Source: a virus (taxonomy: Duplodnaviria; Caudoviricetes). From it: a stretch of DNA of 64,000 bases. The stretch spans positions 1,752 to 65,751 of the IMG/VR virus record IMGVR_UViG_3300023184_009677; one strand, given 5' to 3'. The notes below the pieces were generated by a model. It was not told where the DNA came from and searched no databases. It saw only the letters and a list, made by a program, of their open reading frames with translations. Below, one piece after another: positions 9,577-19,126 of this stretch (positions within the stretch are counted from its first letter, which is position 1; each line of letters begins with the position of its first letter). The translations under genes and the position numbers were made by a program.

Positions 9577-10101
9577 ATGATTAAGTTTAAAATATCTTCA
9601 GATATAATTCAAGAGGCTGAATCTCGCCACAAAGAGCTTGGCACTTTAAAAGGTTCATTTATGAAAGGCGAACGCCAAATAAGTGGGCTAATTGGTCAAA
9701 TTTTAGTCAGGCAATATCTGGGGGCAGAAGATGTTAGCAATTACCATTATGATTTAATTCGTAGCGGCAAAACCATTGATGTAAAAACTAAAACTTGTGG
9801 AGTTGTTCCCAGAGTTGGATTCCTATGCTCTGTTCCAATCGGTTGTGCAGAAACAAAAAAGTGTGATTACTTTGCTTTTATTCGCGTCCATAAGAACTTT
9901 GACTATGCTTGGTTGCTTGGAGCAATATCATGGGAGAGTTTTAAAAATAAATCAATTTTATTTAACAAAGGAGAAATAGACCCAACCTCTCCTCAAGACA
10001 ATCCTTTTGTATTTCAGCAAACTGAATATATGATTTCCTCTAGCGAATTAAAACCTTTTAATTCTTTCGTTAATAAACATTGCCCATTAATTTGTTCTTG
10101 A
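9577..10101 (+). CDS. putative PD-(D/E)XK-fold nuclease
   Basis: YDL...IDVKTK motif. Confidence 0.55.
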   Translation: MIKFKISSDIIQEAESRHKELGTLKGSFMKGERQISGLIGQILVRQYLGAEDVSNYHYDLIRSGKTIDVKTKTCGVVPRVGFLCSVPIGCAETKKCDYFAFIRVHKNFDYAWLLGAISWESFKNKSILFNKGEIDPTSPQDNPFVFQQTEYMISSSELKPFNSFVNKHCPLICS

Positions 10102-10132
10102 CAATTAACAAAAAAATGTTAGCTTTAGATAT

Positions 10133-10474
10133 ATGAAACTTTATTGGTCGCTGCATCGCAAATACAACTCAATACTAGACTGGTTTGCTTTTAAATTTCA
10201 AAATCCTTATCAAATAAAAGTAGGGGGAAATTGCCCAGTTGAAGCCGAAGGCTATCTTCCAACAGGAGAATTCTATTATTTTCGAGCTAGGGGTTCTCAT
10301 TGGCGTTTGGAAATTTCTAAAAACGAACAAGAATGGGCTAAAAATAAAATTATATTTTATTATGGCGAAAAATACTGCTATGACCAATTTGGTGCTGGCT
10401 GGATGACTTGCAGAGAAGCAATTAAATTTACAAATATGGCAATCAAATTTTATTACCAAAAGAGGGAACTATGA
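10133..10474 (+). CDS. hypothetical protein
   Basis: CPVEAEG..YYFRARG..W; promoter upstream. Confidence 0.6.
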   Translation: MKLYWSLHRKYNSILDWFAFKFQNPYQIKVGGNCPVEAEGYLPTGEFYYFRARGSHWRLEISKNEQEWAKNKIIFYYGEKYCYDQFGAGWMTCREAIKFTNMAIKFYYQKREL

Positions 10475-10830
10475 ATAGAGAAATTAAATTTAGAGTTTGG
10501 GACATATTTCAGAAAAAGTTTTTGGTTTATCCTTGCTATTTTAATAACAAAGATTTTAATGAATTTACTGCCTTTGATAGATATTTCAAATGTGATGAGG
10601 ATGAATGTATTGTTCAGCAATATACAGGAATCAAAGATAAAAATGGTAAAGAGATATATGAAGGTGATATAATTAAAACACCATTATCTCACATGTTTCG
10701 TAGTAATATATATGAAGTAAAATACCACCAAAATAGATTTACCCCTGATGATATTTGTGATGGTGATGTTGAAATCATTGGTAATATATTTGAAACTTCA
10801 AATCTTCTTGACAATACCAGCAAAATATAA
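10471..10830 (+). CDS. YopX-family protein (copy 1)
   Basis: REIKFRVWD...QYTGIKDKNGKEIYEGDI...IIGNIFE. Confidence 0.9.
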   Translation: MNREIKFRVWDIFQKKFLVYPCYFNNKDFNEFTAFDRYFKCDEDECIVQQYTGIKDKNGKEIYEGDIIKTPLSHMFRSNIYEVKYHQNRFTPDDICDGDVEIIGNIFETSNLLDNTSKI

Positions 10831-10842
10831 TATACTCTTTAT

Positions 10843-11250
10843 ATGAATAGAGAAATTAAATTTAGAGTTTGGGACAAACTTCCTAAAAAGTTTTTGGATT
10901 ATCCGTGTTATTTTAATCACAAAGATTTTAATGAATTTACCGCTTTCGATAGATATTTCAAATGTGATGAAGACGATTGTATTGTTCAACAATATATTGG
11001 ACTTAAAGATAAGAATGGTAAAGAGATTTACGAAGGTGATATTGTAAATTTCACTAAACGTGGAATGAATCATGGGCCTGAAGTGGAAAATATAAAAAAT
11101 GCCGAGGTATGGTATTCATCCGAGGATTGTGCATTTGTTTTTGGAAAATACAAATCTGCAGATTATACATGGTGGTATTCAATGGTGGATGTTTTGTACG
11201 ATTTCGAGGTGGTTGGCAACATATTTGAAAACCCTGAATTGTTAAAATAA
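10843..11250 (+). CDS. YopX-family protein (copy 2)
   Basis: Same YopX motifs. Confidence 0.9.
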   Translation: MNREIKFRVWDKLPKKFLDYPCYFNHKDFNEFTAFDRYFKCDEDDCIVQQYIGLKDKNGKEIYEGDIVNFTKRGMNHGPEVENIKNAEVWYSSEDCAFVFGKYKSADYTWWYSMVDVLYDFEVVGNIFENPELLK

Positions 11251-11251
11251 T

Positions 11252-11626
11252 ATGAATAGAGAAATTAAATTTAGAGCTTGGGATGAGAAATATAATTGCT
11301 GGGACAAAGGAGGCTTTTATTTCTACGTTAATGACCCATTCCAAAAGCAAGGATTCGTTATTCAACAATATACAGGACTCAAAGATAAAAATGGTAAAGA
11401 AATTTATGAGGGTGATATAATTAAGCATATAACAACAAGTGATGAAGGCATCTTTTCTGAAACTGTCGGAGGACTTGTAATATTTGAATCTGGTAGTTTT
11501 ATGTGCTATTTTAAAGAGGCTAAAATTAAAGTAAAATTAGAGGCGTGGCTATTAGAAACAACTATGACTATGGTTGGTAATATGTTTGAGAACCCTAATC
11601 TTCTTGACAATACTACCAAAATATAA
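11252..11626 (+). CDS. YopX-family protein (copy 3)
   Basis: Same YopX motifs. Confidence 0.9.
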   Translation: MNREIKFRAWDEKYNCWDKGGFYFYVNDPFQKQGFVIQQYTGLKDKNGKEIYEGDIIKHITTSDEGIFSETVGGLVIFESGSFMCYFKEAKIKVKLEAWLLETTMTMVGNMFENPNLLDNTTKI

Positions 11627-11640
11627 TATACTCTTTATAT

Positions 11641-11967
11641 ATGAAATACTCTTGCGAAGAACTGACTCCTAGCCCCACATTGGACTACGACTGCATTCCA
11701 GAACATATCAAGAAAAAAGCTATGGAAATTTCTAATTATTTTCAAGAGCAGGGGTCTAAAAAGTGGAAGCTCATGGGCATCCAATCCAGAGACTTTAGCG
11801 ATGAGCAGTATAATAATCCTGTCGTTAAGGGTTCGACATTGCATCTTCATTCCAAAAGAACAGATGGAACAATTTGTGAAATGACATTGCCAGTTGAACC
11901 TGCAAGAAAATATTGCTGGTATAATACAATAGAAGAAGCTCAAACTGCTATAAAAGATAAAAATTAA
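11641..11967 (+). CDS. hypothetical protein
   Basis: ORF after TTGACA/TATAAT. Confidence 0.55.
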   Translation: MKYSCEELTPSPTLDYDCIPEHIKKKAMEISNYFQEQGSKKWKLMGIQSRDFSDEQYNNPVVKGSTLHLHSKRTDGTICEMTLPVEPARKYCWYNTIEEAQTAIKDKN

Positions 11968-11977
11968 AATTCTTTAT

Positions 11978-12244
11978 ATGAAAATACTATTATTAGTTCT
12001 TTTTTTTGCTTGTCAAGGCTGCGCGAAAAATGCCCAATTAGTTTGGACTAATGAACCCTACCTCAAATCAACTAACATCGTTGTGGAAATTTGGTCATCC
12101 CCCGATTTAAATAATTGGTCATTAAAAGATACAGTCCCCGCATCACAAACCAATTACACAATCAGTTATAATTTGCCCCAAGAGTTTTTTAAAATCAGAA
12201 ATAAAGATATAAATAATGGCATGACGAGTTTTTGGTCTAACTAA
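11978..12244 (+). CDS. small exported or lipoprotein-like protein
   Basis: Hydrophobic N-terminus with Cys; VEIWSSPDLNNW...FFKIR. Confidence 0.6.
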   Translation: MKILLLVLFFACQGCAKNAQLVWTNEPYLKSTNIVVEIWSSPDLNNWSLKDTVPASQTNYTISYNLPQEFFKIRNKDINNGMTSFWSN

Positions 12245-12285
12245 TACATCTTGACAAATATATAAACATACTATATCTTTAATTT

Positions 12286-13050
12286 ATGCCTAATCATACA
12301 TCAATCAATCTAAAAATAACTGGCACAAAAGCCAAAATTAAAAAGTTCGTTGAAACTGTTAATCATGGAAAAGTGGACGAGAACACAGAGGGTAAGTTTG
12401 ATTTCTCTACCATCGTTCCTATCCCCAAAGAGCTTGTTGGAACAACCGCTCCAGTTGACATCTTAACCCAAGAAGAACTTGATAAGGAGTGGGACAAATA
12501 TAACAAATCCCCTAAAAAGGACAAAGAAAAGCGAGACAAGATTTGGGGCGAGCCTACAAAACATAGTTTTGGCATGACCAAAGAACAGAGCGACAAATTA
12601 ATCAAGGAATATGGTTTTAATGATTGGTATAGCTGGCAAGTGCATAATTGGGGAACAAAGTGGAACGCTTATCAGATTGGAACTTGGAGTCTTTGCACTT
12701 TTGAAGCGGATATTAGTTTTTGCACAGCTTGGAGTCCTCCGACTGCTTTCTTTGTAAATGCAAGCAAAAAGTTCTCAGATTTGACTTTTGAAATAAAGTA
12801 TAGCGATGAAGGCGGGGCATTTGTTGGTAAAGCAATTATTAGTAAAGGAGAAGTCCAAGAGGAGCTTGACCCTGATTGGTATAGCTTTGATGGAATAGCA
12901 TTGAGGGAAGATTTGGGTTCATACTGCGAAGGTTCTGATTTCGAGATTGAAGGTCGCCTAGAATACCTCAAGGAAAATCCACAAGATGCCAGAGAAAACG
13001 AAGTGAAAAATTTAAAGAAAGAATTAAAAAACTTTAAAAATAATAAATAA
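12286..13050 (+). CDS. DUF1281/YubB-like ferredoxin-fold protein
   Basis: MPNH, FDFSTIVP.P, WYSW..NWGTKWN, F.TAWSPP. Confidence 0.8.
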   Translation: MPNHTSINLKITGTKAKIKKFVETVNHGKVDENTEGKFDFSTIVPIPKELVGTTAPVDILTQEELDKEWDKYNKSPKKDKEKRDKIWGEPTKHSFGMTKEQSDKLIKEYGFNDWYSWQVHNWGTKWNAYQIGTWSLCTFEADISFCTAWSPPTAFFVNASKKFSDLTFEIKYSDEGGAFVGKAIISKGEVQEELDPDWYSFDGIALREDLGSYCEGSDFEIEGRLEYLKENPQDARENEVKNLKKELKNFKNNK

Positions 13051-13054
13051 AATT

Positions 13055-13438
13055 ATGAAAATAGAACTTGATGCAGCACAAAAAGAAAATAAGTCTGCTC
13101 ATATTGCAGTAGATTTTGATGGCACTCTTGCCCACTACGAAGGCTGGAGTAAGCAGGGTAACGGAGTTGGTAAGCCAATCAAAAAAATGGTTGACAATAT
13201 CAAATCTTGGTTGAAGAAAGGTTATCATGTTTCTATTTTCACCGCTCGACTTGCACATTCCCCTGCTGAAGCAGACCATAATGTTCATCTCATCAGCAAT
13301 TTTCTTGAAGAAAATGGGCTACCAAAAGATATGCAAATAACTTGCATGAAAATGCCTTATTTCACACATTTTATTGATGACAAAGCATATCATGTAAAGA
13401 TGAACTCTGGAATCATTGAAAGTAATCCCGACCTCTAA
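13055..13438 (+). CDS. HAD-superfamily hydrolase
   Basis: AVDFDGTL, IFTAR, FIDDKA. Confidence 0.8.
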   Translation: MKIELDAAQKENKSAHIAVDFDGTLAHYEGWSKQGNGVGKPIKKMVDNIKSWLKKGYHVSIFTARLAHSPAEADHNVHLISNFLEENGLPKDMQITCMKMPYFTHFIDDKAYHVKMNSGIIESNPDL

Positions 13439-13459
13439 TTAAAATTAAATAAAATAAAT

Positions 13460-13648
13460 ATGAATGGTAAAAATGCAAAACTAATCCGTAAAAAAGTCGC
13501 CGATACTCATGGCATCGAAAAAAACATTGAAATTGATGGTAAGTTGCAGACCAATCCTCAATTCAAAAAGATTGTTACTATGGTAAAGAAAGAACTCCTT
13601 TCCACTCCATTCAACCAACGCCAAGAATTTAAGAAGTCAGGAATTTAA
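13460..13648 (+). CDS. small basic hypothetical protein
   Basis: ORF. Confidence 0.55.
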   Translation: MNGKNAKLIRKKVADTHGIEKNIEIDGKLQTNPQFKKIVTMVKKELLSTPFNQRQEFKKSGI

Positions 13649-13686
13649 TGCTTGACATTTTTAGAAATAAATAATAATATACAAAT

Positions 13687-13962
13687 ATGAAATATCATAA
13701 TGTTCGTAATTCAAAAGGTCAGTTCACACGCAAGCTCAAGGTTGCTCGCGCAAAGGATGGTAAGTTCTCTAGCCCATACAACATCGTTGCAGGACGATTG
13801 TATGATTATAAGGGAGCAGTTGTTCGCGCTGGTCAAAAGAGCAACAGCGGCAATTATCGTCGCGTTTCGTTTCACAAAACTTTGACAGGTATTGTTAAGG
13901 ATTGTGAATTAAAAAAAGTAAATAAATCTGCTGTTGAAGCGTATTTGTCTAACGCGCAGTAG
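13687..13962 (+). CDS. basic hypothetical protein with two RxxxGxF motifs
   Basis: RNSKGQF, RAKDGKF; promoter upstream. Confidence 0.6.
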   Translation: MKYHNVRNSKGQFTRKLKVARAKDGKFSSPYNIVAGRLYDYKGAVVRAGQKSNSGNYRRVSFHKTLTGIVKDCELKKVNKSAVEAYLSNAQ

Positions 13963-14056
13963 TGTAATATATGGTAAGAGCAGTATATGGCAACAAGCTA
14001 GTGGGGCTTTCCCACATTGATAGTTTAAATGCCATTACTGCTCTTTTCTTTTCTTT

Positions 14057-14479
14057 ATGTCACAAATAATTCGACCAAGTTGGGAACAATACGCCCTTGC
14101 CCTTGCTAAAACTGCTTCCACACGCTCACAAGACCCATTTGTTAAGGTTGGTGCGTGTGCAATTAGATTTGATAAATCTGTTGCTGCTCTTGGTTACAAT
14201 GGTTCTCCAAAAGGAGTAGAAATTGATTGGTCAGATAGGGATGAGCGCAGAAAGCGAGTCATCCATGCCGAAATAAACTGCCTTGCTCATTGTAAGCCTA
14301 ATGAGGTTGAGTTTATTGCAACAACTCTTTTGCCTTGTCGTTCTTGTATGCAGACTATTGCTGCTTATTCTATTAAAAAAGTTATTTTTAATGAAATATA
14401 TAAACAAGACGATTTTGCAATCGAACTTGCAAAAGAATTTGGTATTGAATTAATTCAAATAAACATTGACTCAAAATAA
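14057..14479 (+). CDS. dCMP deaminase
   Basis: RSQDP..KVGA, GYNG, HAEINC, PCRSC. Confidence 0.92.
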   Translation: MSQIIRPSWEQYALALAKTASTRSQDPFVKVGACAIRFDKSVAALGYNGSPKGVEIDWSDRDERRKRVIHAEINCLAHCKPNEVEFIATTLLPCRSCMQTIAAYSIKKVIFNEIYKQDDFAIELAKEFGIELIQINIDSK

Positions 14480-14513
14480 AATTTGGGTTATAGTAGAGAA
14501 GTAATAACATCTT

Positions 14514-14669
14514 ATGGCAACACCAAAGAAAACCGCAGCAAAGGCAGCTTCTACAAAGAAGACTTCGCCAAAGAAGGTCAAGGCGACCACTTCCAAGAAG
14601 GAAGTAGGAGAAACCGCTGAAAACCCAAGCAAGACAAGCTCACAGAGTTTGCCTTCTTGCAGTCGTTAA
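14514..14669 (+). CDS. Lys/Ala/Thr-rich peptide (histone H1-like composition)
   Basis: MATPKKTAAKAASTKKTSPKKVK...; own promoter and terminator; not in track. Confidence 0.55.
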   Translation: MATPKKTAAKAASTKKTSPKKVKATTSKKEVGETAENPSKTSSQSLPSCSR

Positions 14670-14675
14670 ACCAAA

Positions 14676-14708
14676 CTCGCCACCGAATTATCGGTGGCGA
14701 GCCTTTTT
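14676..14708 (+). terminator. Rho-independent terminator
   Basis: ctcgccaccga-atta-tcggtggcgag followed by a T-run. Confidence 0.8.
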
Positions 14709-15164
14709 ATGAAAAACGGAACCTATAATCGTAAAATAAATTGGGAAACATTTAAAGTTAAAAAATTTCCAATCCATATATTTGATGTAATAGAAAATTC
14801 ATTAATGGGATGCGGAGCAAATGCTCTTGCAACGATTTTAGGCAAATCCCCTGAAACTTTAAAGACAAGAAATAATCATTATCCTGATTCTTTTATGCTA
14901 AAACATTTAAAGAAAAATGGAATAAAGTGTGTCGAAATAACTAAAAGCAATCTAACAAATAACAAAAAAGCAACAGCAAATTTAGATGACAGGAATGTAA
15001 TTTTGTCCAGTCATTTGATGGCAAAAGGAGATGCGTCATGGCTAGTTAGTTTTGGAGGAAATATAATACACAACCATGAAATAACAAAATGTAATTATTG
15101 GCAGTTGTTAAACTTTCCAATAATTTCAGCCTATTGCTTGGTTCATACAGATTGGAAAAAATAA
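14709..15164 (+). CDS. hypothetical protein
   Basis: ORF containing GCGANALATILG. Confidence 0.55.
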   Translation: MKNGTYNRKINWETFKVKKFPIHIFDVIENSLMGCGANALATILGKSPETLKTRNNHYPDSFMLKHLKKNGIKCVEITKSNLTNNKKATANLDDRNVILSSHLMAKGDASWLVSFGGNIIHNHEITKCNYWQLLNFPIISAYCLVHTDWKK

Positions 15165-15180
15165 TTTAATAAATAAAAAT

Positions 15181-15732
15181 ATGCAAATCTTAATTAAAAA
15201 AATCCCTAATTTAGTTGTTCCTTTTCGAGCCACTCCTGATGATGCGGCGTATGATGTTGTTGCAACAAGTGACCCTATCATTGTTGGTGAAAAGTTTGAT
15301 AGATACCTTGATGGCATTATGAACGCATGGTCAAAGATTGATTACATTGCTTACAAAACTAATCTTTTCATTTCTCCCCAAAGTTTAACCAAGTTGAAGC
15401 AAATAACGAAATTCCATACCCTTTTGTTTCCCCGCTCAAGCATTTCCAAAAAGAACTTGATTTTGGCAAATAGTATTGGTTTGGTTGACAATGGTTATCG
15501 TGGGGAAATTGAGTTCCGCTTCAAATACATTGTTCAACCAGAAGATATGCTTATTGTGCCAGAACAGGGAAGAACAAAGGTCTATTGCCAACTTTCTCCG
15601 CATAATGTATATGCAAAGGGAGATAAAATTGGTCAAATAATGGCTCAACCCAATATAGACATTGACTTTCATTTGGTCGAACAATTAGATACTTCGTCAA
15701 GAGGAGAGCATGGTTTTGGCAGCACCAATTAA
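15181..15732 (+). CDS. dut: dUTPase
   Basis: AAYDV, PRSS, GLVDNGYRGEI, KIGQ, RGEHGFGST. Confidence 0.93.
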   Translation: MQILIKKIPNLVVPFRATPDDAAYDVVATSDPIIVGEKFDRYLDGIMNAWSKIDYIAYKTNLFISPQSLTKLKQITKFHTLLFPRSSISKKNLILANSIGLVDNGYRGEIEFRFKYIVQPEDMLIVPEQGRTKVYCQLSPHNVYAKGDKIGQIMAQPNIDIDFHLVEQLDTSSRGEHGFGSTN

Positions 15733-15753
15733 ATAATTTGTGTATATTCACTT

Positions 15754-15948
15754 ATGAAAGCTGATAAATTACATAATCAAATAGATAAATTAATTGAAAA
15801 AATAAATGGCATTGATTTTAAGTTTCAAGAAGAAACCTTGCAAAGCGATTTTGACGAAATAAAGAATGATGCTGCATCCCTTCTGGAAGAATTAAATGAT
15901 ATGATTAGCGCAGAAGCAGACAATAGTAATGAAGAAAACGATGAGTAA
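15754..15948 (+). CDS. acidic hypothetical protein
   Basis: ORF. Confidence 0.5.
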   Translation: MKADKLHNQIDKLIEKINGIDFKFQEETLQSDFDEIKNDAASLLEELNDMISAEADNSNEENDE

Positions 15949-16101
15949 TTCAGAATTATTAAAGAAAACATTAATTATATTAAAAAATAAAAAGGCGGGT
16001 AAAAAAATAACCAAAGACTTTACTCGCTTTCTTATTGAATATGAAGATTTACGCAAATCTTACCACTTGACATTTCCAGAAAAGTCCCCTAGTATAGAGG
16101 C

Positions 16102-17235
16102 ATGATTAAAACCTATCCCACACTTTATTCCAAAGACACTACTGGTAAAATCCGCATCTGGCTTCAAGAACAAAAAGGTGCAAATTATCGCACAGTTGCA
16201 GGTGTAAAAGATAGCGAAAATCTCGTCTATTCAGATTGGTCTGTTGCTGAACCAAAAAATACAGGCAAGAAAAACGCCACCACCGCTGAAGAACAGGCAG
16301 TTGCCGAAATTGAAGCCAAATACAAAAAGCAACGCAAAACTGGCTATTTTGATTCTATCAAAGATGTAGATACAGTTCAGTATGTTGAGCCAATGTTGGC
16401 AAAGAACTATAATGACTATTCTGCAAAGATTGATTTTTCAAAAGAACTCTGGGGTATTCAATGCAAGTTTAATGGCAATCGCTGTATTGCAACCAAAGAT
16501 GGTCTTTTTACTCGCAAAGGTGAGAAATATGTAAATGTTAAACACATTGAAGAATCTCTCAAATCTTTCTTTGCTGAACAACCTTTTGCAGTTTTAGATG
16601 GCGAACTTGCCAATTACGAACTTCGCCAAGAACTTAATGAATTAAATAAACTCATTCGCAGAACTGTGAACATCACTCCAGAAGATGTTGAAAAGAGCAG
16701 AGAGATGGTTAAATACTATGTCTATGATGGATATGGTTTTGATACTCATGGACAAGCAATCCCCTATAAGACTCGCAAATATTGGATTGATAACAATGTA
16801 ATTAATAAATATAAATATATTGAAGAAGTTAAAACTTATCCAGTTAAGAGCAAGGTTGATTTAGATAAACAATATAGTATCTTTGTGCAAGATGGCGAAG
16901 AAGGCGGTATTCTCCGAAAATTGGACGAAGGTTACGAAAATAAGCGCAGCAAATATCTTTTGAAAATCAAGCCAGAAGATGATGCAGAAGCAATCTTAAC
17001 CAACATTCAAGATGGGGACGGCAACTGGAAAGGTGCTGCCACAATAGCAACTCTGCTATGGAAAGGTCAAAAGTTTGATGCCATGTTCAAAGGCACTTAT
17101 GAGAAACGAGCAGTTATTTTAAAGAATAAAAAAGACTGGATTGACAAAGAAGTAACCTTTTTATACAATGGGTTGACTGGCTTGGGAACTCCAAACTTTG
17201 CCAGAATTGACATTAGCAACTGTTTCAAGAAATAA
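16102..17235 (+). CDS. lig: ATP-dependent DNA ligase
   Basis: PMLA, KFNGNR (motif I), LDGEL, YVYD, EGGILR, KRSKYLLKIK. Confidence 0.92.
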   Translation: MIKTYPTLYSKDTTGKIRIWLQEQKGANYRTVAGVKDSENLVYSDWSVAEPKNTGKKNATTAEEQAVAEIEAKYKKQRKTGYFDSIKDVDTVQYVEPMLAKNYNDYSAKIDFSKELWGIQCKFNGNRCIATKDGLFTRKGEKYVNVKHIEESLKSFFAEQPFAVLDGELANYELRQELNELNKLIRRTVNITPEDVEKSREMVKYYVYDGYGFDTHGQAIPYKTRKYWIDNNVINKYKYIEEVKTYPVKSKVDLDKQYSIFVQDGEEGGILRKLDEGYENKRSKYLLKIKPEDDAEAILTNIQDGDGNWKGAATIATLLWKGQKFDAMFKGTYEKRAVILKNKKDWIDKEVTFLYNGLTGLGTPNFARIDISNCFKK

Positions 17236-17238
17236 ATT

Positions 17239-17430
17239 ATGAAAGTTTATCTAAAGAAAAATGTTAAAGTTGGGGACAAAGAGTTTTATAAAGACTCCTC
17301 TGGCTATACTCGCGCCGTTACTTGGGGAGACAAAACAAATGGCAGCTTTGTGTATCTTGTTGACTTTGAAGACTCACCAATGACTCCTGTTAGTTTAAGT
17401 AATTTATCTTTTTCTGCGTCTCCTTTATGA
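17239..17430 (+). CDS. hypothetical protein
   Basis: ORF. Confidence 0.5.
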   Translation: MKVYLKKNVKVGDKEFYKDSSGYTRAVTWGDKTNGSFVYLVDFEDSPMTPVSLSNLSFSASPL

Positions 17431-17588
17431 AAACAAGTATTAAAAATTTAAATATAAATGAGGAGCATCTTGAAAAGAAGGAAGATACATGGAAATGCCC
17501 CCATTGTGGTAGCGACGAAGGCACTTGGTTTTCTCGCACAATGCCAATGTCCAATGTTTGCTATGCCTGTAATGAAGATGTAGATTAA
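17427..17588 (+). CDS. small zinc-ribbon protein
   Basis: CPHC...CYAC; ATGA overlap; not in track. Confidence 0.5.
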   Translation: MKTSIKNLNINEEHLEKKEDTWKCPHCGSDEGTWFSRTMPMSNVCYACNEDVD

Positions 17589-17589
17589 T

Positions 17590-17769
17590 ATGAAAACTCA
17601 ATTAACAAATACTATTAATAATTATTTAACCAAAAATTTAAACATTTACCTAGACGACTCCCAAAACTGGACAGTTCAGGAAATGCTTAAACAAGTCCAT
17701 GAATGGGGAATCAAAAAGGGTAAAGAACAAAAGGCGGATGAGATTAAAGAAGTATTAAATATAAAATAA
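17590..17769 (+). CDS. hypothetical protein
   Basis: 59-aa ORF, not in track. Confidence 0.45.
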   Translation: MKTQLTNTINNYLTKNLNIYLDDSQNWTVQEMLKQVHEWGIKKGKEQKADEIKEVLNIK

Positions 17770-17855
17770 AAAATCTTAAAAAACATTTGACAAAAAAATA
17801 AACCCCTGATAGGATATGATTGTTCGTTAAACTAAACTAAAAAATAAAAACTATT

Positions 17856-18959
17856 ATGAAAAATGCACCTGCTTATATTGTAACTGATGAATCCATCACC
17901 ATTGTGGTTGGTGGCAAACCCTACACCGCCTCCGTTTCCAATGCCAACTTCCCCCAGATTAAGGAACGCATTGTTAATGAGGATTTTGATGAGATTGAAG
18001 AACTGTTTGATACTGGAGCAGCAGTTGGTCAGTTCACCAACGGAAACATTGTTGTCCAGAATAACGCCGTCCTTTACAAAGGCGAGAATGTTGATAACCA
18101 TGTTGTTGACCGCATCCTCGATTTTATGCGTCAGGGCTTGCCCTACAAGCCTCTTTGCAACTTCCTTGACAAGTTGATGCAGAATCCTTCTCGTCGCGCC
18201 GTTAGCGAACTGTATCGTTTCCTTGAGCATAAGAAGATGCCCCTCACTCCTGATGGTAACTTCCTTGCATACAAGAGTGTTCGCGCCGATTGGACTGACC
18301 ATCACACGGGAACTGTTGACAATAGTGTTGGAGCAACAATTCCTCGCATGGGACGCAACTTGGTTTGCGATGACGCAAATATCGCTTGCTCTAGTGGCTA
18401 TCATGCTGGCAGCTTGGATTACGCCAAGAGTTTTGGCGGCGGCGATAGTCGTTTGCTGATTGTGGAGATTGACCCCACGGATGTTATTAGCATCCCTCAC
18501 GATTGCAACTGCCAGAAATTGCGTTGCTGCTTCTACAAGATTGTTGGCACTTTTGAGCGTCCCCTTGAGGAAGCACTCAATACGCAATACTCTCCCGCTG
18601 AAGATGATGGCGTTGAGTATGAGTGTGAAGATGAAGGTCTTTCTGCTGAAGATTCTTTTGAAGAAGGATATTCATTGGGATGGTCAGATGCAGAGCATGG
18701 TTTTAACCAAGATGCAGATACCACCCTTGAGGAAATTCAAGATGGCACATACAATGATGACGCTTTCATTGAAGGATATAACTGTGGGTATGAAGAATAT
18801 CAAGGTGAAAACTTGATTAAGCCTTCTTGCGAAAAGAATAGCTGTTCTTGCAAGACCCCTGTTGCAAAGTCGAAGCCTAGTGTTAGTGAAACAACTCGCG
18901 CCAAACTTCGCGCTGCTGCACTTCGCCAACGCCGTGACGACAATGGCAAATTTATCTAA
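17856..18959 (+). CDS. rIIB: rIIB-like protector from prophage-induced lysis
   Basis: NPS..AVSELYRFL, TPDGNFLAYK.V, CSSGYH, IDPTDVISIP.D, LRCC.Y. Confidence 0.88.
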   Translation: MKNAPAYIVTDESITIVVGGKPYTASVSNANFPQIKERIVNEDFDEIEELFDTGAAVGQFTNGNIVVQNNAVLYKGENVDNHVVDRILDFMRQGLPYKPLCNFLDKLMQNPSRRAVSELYRFLEHKKMPLTPDGNFLAYKSVRADWTDHHTGTVDNSVGATIPRMGRNLVCDDANIACSSGYHAGSLDYAKSFGGGDSRLLIVEIDPTDVISIPHDCNCQKLRCCFYKIVGTFERPLEEALNTQYSPAEDDGVEYECEDEGLSAEDSFEEGYSLGWSDAEHGFNQDADTTLEEIQDGTYNDDAFIEGYNCGYEEYQGENLIKPSCEKNSCSCKTPVAKSKPSVSETTRAKLRAAALRQRRDDNGKFI

Positions 18960-18980
18960 AGCTAGGTAAAAACGAACACG

Positions 18981-19012
18981 ATGCCGCCGACTTAATTGTT
19001 GGCGGCATTTTT
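18981..19012 (+). terminator. Rho-independent terminator
   Basis: atgccgccgac/gttggcggcat followed by a T-run. Confidence 0.8.
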
Positions 19013-19126
19013 ATTTAATTTTAATTACGCAAAAACATTTTATCTTTTTTCTAAAACCCCTTGACAAAAGATGAAAGGTCTGGCATATTGGTCATGTCAG
19101 TTAAACCTATTTAAACAAAACCTATT

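Noticed and set aside
10471-11626. Diversity-generating retroelement template/variable repeats
   Set aside because: No reverse transcriptase in the window; the similar segments are whole-gene paralogs and differences are not adenine-specific
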